From contig CALKDX010000028.1 of assembly GCA_938084455.1 (NCBI GenBank), positions 306 to 64,305 of the forward strand: 64,000 nucleotides of DNA, written 5' to 3'. This DNA comes from Candidatus Poseidoniaceae archaeon (GTDB lineage Archaea; Thermoplasmatota; Poseidoniia; Poseidoniales; Poseidoniaceae). The notes under the pieces were generated by a model. The model saw only the letters and a program-made list of their open reading frames with translations, ran no database searches and was not told the origin of the DNA. Positions 57,293 to 64,000 of the stretch are shown here, piece after piece (the stretch's first letter is position 1; every line of letters starts with the position of its first letter). A program made the translations under genes and the position numbers.

Positions 57293-60250
57293 ATGTCGAA
57301 CCGGACGCAAGGGACCAGCGGCCAAAAAACGGGCAGTCTTTCGATGGTGCTGTTGCTCCTCCTAGCGTCCTTTGCGGGGCTGGCAAGCCTCCCCTTGTCC
57401 GGTGCTACAGAAAGCGGTGATGTCGCCATTTTGGGAACCGTATCTCCAACCAACGATTCATGGAGTTCATCTTGGGACCCGGTCACATTTGAAATAACGG
57501 TGGAAAACCAAGGGCTTGGCACAAGCACAAACCGGGCAACAAAGTGGTATGTTTGTCTGGGAGACATGCTCGGTTCCGTCTGTAAGTCATCCCCAGATGA
57601 ATCTGGTTCATTTTCCCTATCGAACATTTTTCCCGGAACCACCGTGGACATCACTTCGGACGCTGATTGGAACCCTGCAGGCGACGAAGGAACATTCACC
57701 ATCGTCTATGCCTTTGATGAAAACGACCAAGACTCAAGCGATGACATGCTGACCTTCAACATCAATTTGACCCGGTCCTATGTTGACCTCGCCGTTGACC
57801 CGACCTACAATCCGTTGAACGATGTAGAAAACACCGCCACCTATGACGGCAACATTGTCCTCAATTCCGGTACATCCTATGTGCTCGATTCGAAAGGCCA
57901 AGTGACAGCATGTAACACTTGCAATTTTGTGGCCATGCTCGGTTGGCAATTGTGGAGTTTAGATCAAGTCCCCGTGATGATTTCTGAAGCCTACACGAAT
58001 GTATCCAATCTGCCTTCCTGGGGAGGACAAACCTCGTTCACCCGTGCATTACCTGCCCTGAGCAGCGCCAACGAAGGTCAATTCAACCTCAAGTGGGGAT
58101 TGTTCAACAGCACTGGCACCCCGTACAGCGATCTTGACCCTTCAAATGATGTTTCGAGTGTCATCGTCACCTTCGATGACACAATCGATCTTCAAGCCAC
58201 ATCGATGGCCCCCTCCCATGATTCCAGTTCTGCGAGTTACTTCTACGGAGAAGACATGGTGACTGCAACGGTATCGAACATCGGAAATAAGACGGTCAAT
58301 CTTGTATCCGTCGCCTTCCAGGTGTACGATCCGATTGGTGAAGTGGAGTATGAAAGTTCATGCCTCCTCACAACCTTCCTACCGGGTGAAACTCGTACTT
58401 GCACCTTCAATGTCACAACCGTGGGCGACGACCGAACCCTGACCATTCAAGTGCCATCAGGCCACGATGAAGGCGATGAAGATAAATTCAGTAACAATGC
58501 ATTGTCGGAAGTCACAGACCTCGTCGCTGGTGCCATCAATGCCAACATCGATCAAGCCAGCACCACGGGCACCTACACCACCGGTGAAAACATTCAGATG
58601 TCTGCTCGTACAAGTTCGACAGCACCAGGGCCTCTGAACTATTCATGGTGGGTATCTGGTATCATCAACCTCGGTTATGGTCCTGAGTTGAACGTCTCTG
58701 GTGGCAGCTTAGGCCTAGGCGACCACATCATCACCTTGCGTGTGACCGATGTGTTTGGAGAATTAGAATCGGCCCACAAAGACATCACTGTGTACGATTA
58801 CATCTCTCTCGACAACGGCGAGTTGTTCACTGGACAAGCTGTTGCCCGGAGTTCAGCCTATTTCCATCATGAGTCATCGCTCCCAATCTTGGGCACCTCC
58901 TACGGTATCGGCGACGGAAAGGAGCCTTTGTTGCTGCTCTCCTTCGAAGTGCTTTCGACGGTCGATGATTCCCCGGAGGTCGGTATGGATTGGATGGAAA
59001 TTCAACTGAATATATCCTCTCTGCTGCCAACAAATATTCCACTTGAAACTGTGGATGTACGTTACCTGCCAACCATGGATGATTACATCTGGACCTACCT
59101 TGACGAGTACACGGTCAATGAGGATGACACAATTGATGTGACCCTCACCAGCAACGGTGTAATCCTCATCATAGGGGAATCCCCTCCAGCGAACCTCAGC
59201 ACAGGGCCAATCACAAGCACACAACTTGAAGGTGGCCAATTGCAACTCAATTGGACCACCACGGGCGACATAAACAACCCCTATGTTGGTGGATGGAACA
59301 TCTACAAACTCATGCTTGTACAACAAGCAGGCACATTGTTCCCTGACCCCGCCAACGGTGTGAACGAATTCATTTGGAAGGAACTGACTTCCGACACTCT
59401 GGCTGCCTCGATTGACCCTTCAAGCATCTCATGGATTGATCCTGAACCACTATCAACAGGTGATTGTGCTTCTTATGCGATTATGCCCGCCAGCAGAGAA
59501 GGTGCGCCAGATTTCGAGCACATCAATGTCAGTCTTGATGAAAATGGACAAGCGACTGCCTTCTGTGGTGATGCAATACCCCCTGTTTCAAGCGTCAGTA
59601 ACTTCCAGCACACATCCTCATTCACCAACGATACGGAGTGCTACAAAGTCGTCAACGATTGGAACATGTGCTATGAACTCAATCTCACATGGATGTGGCC
59701 AGAAAACGAACCAAACGGACAGCTGTTCTGGAACCTCTACATGATTGAGCAACAACCAGACGACATCGATTTGCGCTTCCTTACCCCGATTGCAAGCAAT
59801 CTAGCCTCCGTACCCGGGGAACAAGGCTATTACAACACCTCGGGCCTAGATGACTCCAGCATCCGCCCACTGAGGACGTATTACTTCATTCTCGCACCTG
59901 TGGATTCAGTTGGGAATGAACAATTGATTGCCGACTACCCATCCCCGAACGTCGAGCGTGTAACGATTGAGGATGATTGGTGGGACTTCTACCAACACTT
60001 GATCCCTGAGCCAGAACCTGAGCCAGAACCACCATTGGGTGTGCCATGGCTTGGAACATTGACAGATTACATGCAAGAGGATGAATTTACCACAACCGGG
60101 TTGGCAGCCTTGATCATGCTCGTTATGTCAATCATCACCTTGCCGTTGTTGTTGCAGAGGCGAAAGCGCCTCAAGCGGATCATGGCTGCAAGAAATCGCC
60201 GAGCAGGCGTGGAAACCACCGCCGATGAGTTTGACGACTTCTTCGATTGA
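57293..60250 (+). CDS. large secreted surface protein with CARDB-like repeats, a PEPEPEP linker, a C-terminal TM anchor and a basic cytoplasmic tail
   Basis: 985 aa. Signal peptide (MVLLLLLASFAGLASLPLSGA). 'FEITVENQGLGTSTN' and 'TATVSNIGNKTVNLVSVAFQVYD' are CARDB-like. 'PEPEPEPEPPLG'. TM 'LAALIMLVMSIITLPLLL', then RRKRLKR. Very many N-x-S/T sequons. Confidence 0.55.
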   Translation: MSNRTQGTSGQKTGSLSMVLLLLLASFAGLASLPLSGATESGDVAILGTVSPTNDSWSSSWDPVTFEITVENQGLGTSTNRATKWYVCLGDMLGSVCKSSPDESGSFSLSNIFPGTTVDITSDADWNPAGDEGTFTIVYAFDENDQDSSDDMLTFNINLTRSYVDLAVDPTYNPLNDVENTATYDGNIVLNSGTSYVLDSKGQVTACNTCNFVAMLGWQLWSLDQVPVMISEAYTNVSNLPSWGGQTSFTRALPALSSANEGQFNLKWGLFNSTGTPYSDLDPSNDVSSVIVTFDDTIDLQATSMAPSHDSSSASYFYGEDMVTATVSNIGNKTVNLVSVAFQVYDPIGEVEYESSCLLTTFLPGETRTCTFNVTTVGDDRTLTIQVPSGHDEGDEDKFSNNALSEVTDLVAGAINANIDQASTTGTYTTGENIQMSARTSSTAPGPLNYSWWVSGIINLGYGPELNVSGGSLGLGDHIITLRVTDVFGELESAHKDITVYDYISLDNGELFTGQAVARSSAYFHHESSLPILGTSYGIGDGKEPLLLLSFEVLSTVDDSPEVGMDWMEIQLNISSLLPTNIPLETVDVRYLPTMDDYIWTYLDEYTVNEDDTIDVTLTSNGVILIIGESPPANLSTGPITSTQLEGGQLQLNWTTTGDINNPYVGGWNIYKLMLVQQAGTLFPDPANGVNEFIWKELTSDTLAASIDPSSISWIDPEPLSTGDCASYAIMPASREGAPDFEHINVSLDENGQATAFCGDAIPPVSSVSNFQHTSSFTNDTECYKVVNDWNMCYELNLTWMWPENEPNGQLFWNLYMIEQQPDDIDLRFLTPIASNLASVPGEQGYYNTSGLDDSSIRPLRTYYFILAPVDSVGNEQLIADYPSPNVERVTIEDDWWDFYQHLIPEPEPEPEPPLGVPWLGTLTDYMQEDEFTTTGLAALIMLVMSIITLPLLLQRRKRLKRIMAARNRRAGVETTADEFDDFFD

Positions 60251-60259
60251 ACTTCGTTA

Positions 60260-60346
60260 TGGCGCGGCAGGGGAGATTTGAACTCCCGAGGTGAGACACC
60301 ACTGGATTAGCAATCCAGCGCAATGGCCAGGCTATGCGACTGCCGC
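60260..60346 (-). tRNA. tRNA-Ser (anticodon GCU), type II with a long variable arm, CCA encoded
   Basis: Reverse complement: GCGGCAG-U-CGCA-UAGCCUGGCCAU-UGCG-C-CUGGA-UUGCUAA-UCCAG-UGGUGUCUCACCUC-GGGAG-UUCAAAU-CUCCC-CUGCCGC-G-CCA. Acceptor 7 bp, D-stem 4 bp, anticodon stem 5 bp with loop UU-GCU-AA, variable stem-loop GGUG/CACC, T-arm 5 bp with UUCAAAU. Confidence 0.85.
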
Positions 60347-60434
60347 AGACAAAGCCGCCGACCGATGAAGCAGTCATGAACATGACGGTGCCGACTGAAT
60401 GAGCCAGGAGCGAGGCGAATGGGTCACTGAAGGC

Positions 60435-61445
60435 TCATAACGGCCCAAGAGGACCGAGCCAAGATGCTGGTGGAACACACACCAAGACGAGGGCGAGGTG
60501 CATCCAACCGAGGTAGTACAACGAGCGGAAGAAGGATTTCGCTGCCTTTGGCATTCGGCCGTTCTCGTCTGTTGGCTCCTTGGGATCGATGTCCCAAACT
60601 GATTTTGCGTACCAAATGGTCAAACCACCGGCGAGGAAGGCCCACAACAAAGGCAAGCCCGATTCTGGCCAAAAGCAAGGAACGCTCCCTAGGAGAAGCA
60701 AACAAACACAGTACACTTTGGAGAGGAACACCGTGTGCTCTGGACCCCTCACTTCGTTCATCATCGGGACCTTGGCTTTGGCGTATTCGCCAGAGCGATA
60801 CAACGCTAACGCCCAGAAATGAGGAGGTGTCCAAAAGAAGATGAGCGCAAAGAAAAGCCAAGGCACTGGAGAGCCAAGGGCAAGAGGATTCAGCGTGTCT
60901 AGTACGGTATCTCCTGCTGCTGCCGCCCAGCCAATGAGTGGGGGGGTGGAGCCTGCGATTCCCCCGATGACGATGTTTTGAGGCGTTCTGCGTTTAAGCC
61001 AGATTGAGTAAATCAGGACGTAAAAAACAACAGAAAAGAAGGACCAGAAGGCTGCTTTCCAACTGACTATCAAGAACAGAGATGAACCAAGAACAGCAAT
61101 AATGAGGCCGAAAAATAAGGCTCCACGAGGTGAAATATGGCCTTGGGGGACTGGCCGGTTTTTGGTGCGCCTCATCAGCGGGTCGATGTCTGCATCATAC
61201 CACATGTTGATCGCGTTTGAACCACCTGCAGATAACGTACCACCGACGACTGTGATGCCAATTGTGACCAGTGTATCCATCCACGTTCGGTCAGTTACAG
61301 CGATCAAATCATGAACTAAAATAGCGCAAATAGCTGTGACTTGAAGCAAAACGATGACCCTTAATTTCATCAAACGCTGGAACACCACAATCCAGCCAGG
61401 GTGTGGTTCCAGTGCCACTTCATCGACGCCGAGATCCACGCTCAT
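60435..61445 (-). CDS. ctaB: protoheme IX farnesyltransferase (heme O synthase, UbiA family)
   Basis: 'GGSNAINMWYDADIDPLMRRTKNRPVP' is the UbiA-family NxxxDxxxD motif. 8-9 TM helices. 336 aa. Confidence 0.8.
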   Translation of the reverse strand: MSVDLGVDEVALEPHPGWIVVFQRLMKLRVIVLLQVTAICAILVHDLIAVTDRTWMDTLVTIGITVVGGTLSAGGSNAINMWYDADIDPLMRRTKNRPVPQGHISPRGALFFGLIIAVLGSSLFLIVSWKAAFWSFFSVVFYVLIYSIWLKRRTPQNIVIGGIAGSTPPLIGWAAAAGDTVLDTLNPLALGSPVPWLFFALIFFWTPPHFWALALYRSGEYAKAKVPMMNEVRGPEHTVFLSKVYCVCLLLLGSVPCFWPESGLPLLWAFLAGGLTIWYAKSVWDIDPKEPTDENGRMPKAAKSFFRSLYYLGWMHLALVLVCVPPASWLGPLGPL

Positions 61446-62509
61446 TCCTCTCCTTCATGGTGATCTTGGTATGATGCTGAGATGCGAATGGAAAACAACG
61501 CAATCGTGGCAACAAGCAATCCGGTGACACCAACAATCAGGTGAAGCAAGGAAACCCATTCAGGGAAACTATCCATTTTCGCAGCGATGATGTATGAACC
61601 ACCAATCATCACGTTGAGCATCCAGAAACCTGCGGTCATATCGGTGATGCGGCCAAACTTAGGCGTTGCACCGTGCTCACGGGCTTCCGAGCGCACTCGG
61701 GCAGACCCCGCAATGAGCACCAAACCAACGACAAGAGCTCCAAAGCGATGGACCATTTGAACAAGAACACCCGGGCCATCAAAGGAAGGTAAAACACTGC
61801 CATTGCACGTCGGCCAGCCAGTTGGGAATCCGACAGAGCAACCCTGATTGTATTGACCTCCTGCTGTCGAAGACACCCAAGCACCCAGAATGAGGAGCGT
61901 AAACACAGACCCAACCATGGCATCGACCCTCTTCTTGTTGGCGGCGATGAAGGCCTTTGGCAACGTGTACAACGGATGGACTGATCCCTCTTTTGGTCTC
62001 ATTTCCATGTGCTGATAAATAAAAGCAGAAGAGAACACGCACGCCATTGAAAGGTGGAGCGCAACCGACCAATCGGCATTGTCATAAAACACAGTGACTG
62101 CCCCTGCAGCGGCTTGTAAAATCAACATCACGCCCGCGAAAATGGAGAGGTGATAGGCTCGTGTGCCATAGACAGCACGTTTTGAACGGAGAAGAAGGGC
62201 ATTGAACAGCACTGGTAAGGCAATCACCCCGACCATCGCCCTGTGAATCCATTCAGTGAAAATTTCGAAGGTTGTGTAGCGGTGGTCTTCACCACGCGAA
62301 TCTATTTCTTCCGGGTTCGCTTCCCAGTAGGCAGTTTGTTCCTCTACGGAGATGTCGAAGCCCCAGGTTCCGAAACATTGCGGCCAATCTGGACATGATT
62401 CACCTGCGTCATTAATCCGAATCGTACCACCTGCAAGGATGATAACGAGAGCCATGCCGAGCAAAACAAGAGGCAGGGTTGACGGGCGACGCCACCATAC
62501 AGCCTCCAT
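61442..62509 (-). CDS. ctaA: heme A synthase (CtaA/COX15 family)
   Basis: 'GGTIRINDAGESCPDWPQCFG' matches the CtaA RlTdsGLsCPDWP.C motif. Multiple TM helices with conserved His ('HRAMVGV', 'HRFGALVVG'). Start chosen at the internal ATG at 62509 to avoid overlapping the divergent gene; the longer ORF runs to 62614. Confidence 0.7.
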   Translation of the reverse strand: MEAVWWRRPSTLPLVLLGMALVIILAGGTIRINDAGESCPDWPQCFGTWGFDISVEEQTAYWEANPEEIDSRGEDHRYTTFEIFTEWIHRAMVGVIALPVLFNALLLRSKRAVYGTRAYHLSIFAGVMLILQAAAGAVTVFYDNADWSVALHLSMACVFSSAFIYQHMEMRPKEGSVHPLYTLPKAFIAANKKRVDAMVGSVFTLLILGAWVSSTAGGQYNQGCSVGFPTGWPTCNGSVLPSFDGPGVLVQMVHRFGALVVGLVLIAGSARVRSEAREHGATPKFGRITDMTAGFWMLNVMIGGSYIIAAKMDSFPEWVSLLHLIVGVTGLLVATIALFSIRISASYQDHHEGEE

Positions 62510-62567
62510 GGGTGAAGGTGAGAGGAGACCCCTTTTGAACACATTCATACACCCAACAACCGTTAGG

Positions 62568-63467
62568 GGGGAAAACATGCGAGGCTTTGCTCTTCTTACT
62601 GTGCTGCTCTTCACCTCAAGTTTGTTCTTGAACGGGGCTCACGCCGAGGAAAACTCTGGCCAAGAAGAAGGGACAACGCTCGACATACTCACCTTCACCG
62701 ATGCGTGCATCAGCGACGCTGAGTGCGGTGGTGATCGGCCACTCCATTTCATTGAATATTTTGGCGCAGATTGGTGTGAACCTTGCAAGGTCCTGGACAA
62801 TGACTTGGACGACCTCATTAACAATCAGACGTTCGTGATGAGGCATCACCCCTCCCCGCAAGATTTGTCCTATAATTCAGACTCGTACCAACGGTTTAAC
62901 ACGATGTATAGGCTTCTGTTTTTACCAAGTCTGATTCATAATGGTAACGCACTGATGACCGGGACAAGTCAGGCACAAGACCTAGGGGCGGTCATGAGCA
63001 ACAGCACTGATTCGTTTGAGGGGCTCAATGAAGTGTCCATAGAAAACGGAACCATCGAGTGGAACACCACGGTCAACGGAAGTGTTTCGATATGGCGCCT
63101 TGGACAGGTCGCCCATGAGTATGAACCGTACAACCACAGCGATATGGTCATTGGTGCAATGCATTTCAACGCCAGCGCAGGGCAAGGAAACATCAGCGAG
63201 TTAATCCAGATGAATGGCACAGGTCTTGTGGTCATGCTCGAAAGCGATGGAGTTAGAAAACTCACTGTTACGTCCCAAAACCCTGCCGTGGGATTTGATC
63301 TCAATGAGGATGAAGGGAAAAGCGGATCGCAGGAACCAGTCCAGACCTCGACGACATTCATTGCTGTGGCGACAACGGTCGTATTGTTGTTGTTGTTAGC
63401 TCCTGCTCTGCTGATGTGGTACAGCACCGTGACAACCTCAACCACGGCACTCAACGAGCAGGAATAG
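62568..63467 (+). CDS. secreted thioredoxin-fold (CxxC) protein with a C-terminal TM anchor
   Basis: Signal peptide (FALLTVLLFTSSLFLNGAHA). 'YFGADWCEPCKVLDNDL' is a thioredoxin/TlpA-like W-C-x-x-C motif. C-terminal TM 'TFIAVATTVVLLLLLAPALLMWY'. Multiple N-x-S/T sequons. Confidence 0.5.
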   Translation, partial: GENMRGFALLTVLLFTSSLFLNGAHAEENSGQEEGTTLDILTFTDACISDAECGGDRPLHFIEYFGADWCEPCKVLDNDLDDLINNQTFVMRHHPSPQDLSYNSDSYQRFNTMYRLLFLPSLIHNGNALMTGTSQAQDLGAVMSNSTDSFEGLNEVSIENGTIEWNTTVNGSVSIWRLGQVAHEYEPYNHSDMVIGAMHFNASAGQGNISELIQMNGTGLVVMLESDGVRKLTVTSQNPAVGFDLNEDEGKSGSQEPVQTSTTFIAVATTVVLLLLLAPALLMWYSTVTTSTTALNEQE

Positions 63468-63553
63468 CCATCGTCTACCTGTGAGTGCCTTGGGTTAGAT
63501 TCAAGAAGAGTAGGCAAGTCGCCAAGATGCGACACTGTCGCAGGTGCACCCCT

Positions 63554-63808
63554 ATGGTCAAGCCAGCACGACTCCACACACGCTTTGAACGAGCCCGAAT
63601 TATTGGTGCACGAGCACTCCAAATTGGAATGGGTGCCCCACTCTATGCAAACGAAGAGGTTCTTCGTGATGCGTTTAAGGAAGAACTTGTCTCACTGTAT
63701 GGTCTTGAAGAAGCAAATGTACGATTCGTTTTGGACCCACTCAAGATTGCGCTCTATGAATACGAGCACGAACTGATTCCAATCGATATTGACCCTCACG
63801 AAGACTGA
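63554..63808 (+). CDS. rpoK: DNA-directed RNA polymerase subunit Rpo6 (RpoK/omega)
   Basis: '[24 protein letters not shown]' is the conserved Rpo6 core ([19 protein letters not shown]). '[20 protein letters not shown]' is the C-terminal motif. Confidence 0.7.
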   Translation: MVKPARLHTRFERARIIGARALQIGMGAPLYANEEVLRDAFKEELVSLYGLEEANVRFVLDPLKIALYEYEHELIPIDIDPHED

Positions 63809-63810
63809 GA

Positions 63811-64000
63811 TCATTCATCCGTTGCAAACCCGTAATACTCGGGTGATGTTACATCCGTAAGTGCGTCACGCTTGACGAGCATTGTTCGAACGGCCCACAA
63901 ATCGACGAACACTCGGTATTTGGTTGTGGCATCGAGGTAATCAACACCGCTTGATCCTCCAGTCCCCATGCGTCGTCCAATCATACGCTCAACCATTCTT
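63811..64000 (-). CDS. C-terminal fragment of a CDS whose start lies beyond the window end; product unassigned
   Basis: The open frame runs to the window edge on the minus strand ('...GTGGSSGVDYLDATTKYRVFVDLWAVRTMLVKRDALTDVTSPEYYGFATDE*'). No family recognised. Confidence 0.3.
   Translation of the reverse strand, partial: RMVERMIGRRMGTGGSSGVDYLDATTKYRVFVDLWAVRTMLVKRDALTDVTSPEYYGFATDE

Overview
This 64-kb window reads as an archaeal chromosomal segment, and gene content points to a Thermoplasmatota / Marine Group II (Poseidoniales)-like organism; that placement is inference. The supporting genes are a complete A-type ATP synthase operon atpHIKECFABD, aIF2-gamma, ribosomal protein S6e, Orc1/Cdc6, Rpo6, Dph2, smc-scpA-scpB, a class II HMG-CoA reductase, a gyrB N-terminus, heme O/heme A synthases, an acyl-CoA dehydrogenase, and many secreted, membrane-anchored PKD/CARDB proteins and peptidases. 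About 58 features are called, including one tRNA-Ser(GCU). No CRISPR array, IS element, integrase or rRNA was seen. The most unusual observations are: (1) a pair of canonical EF-hand Ca2+-binding loops plus a His-rich stretch inserted into the ATP synthase stator subunit I. (2) A minus-strand operon of three tandem KaiC/RecA-family paralogs, one with an intact P-loop and two degenerate, behind a TadE-like lamin-tail-domain protein and facing a 985-aa CARDB surface protein. (3) A helically phased array of five TTAACG hexamers in the divergent promoter between an AAA-like/wHTH gene and hmgA. (4) A bacterial-type class II CCA-like nucleotidyltransferase co-transcribed with a cytoplasmic EF-hand protein and facing a ParB/Srx-like gene. 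(5) An M50/S2P homolog with degenerate zinc-binding motifs. Family assignments come from motif recognition by eye and need HMM/BLAST confirmation.
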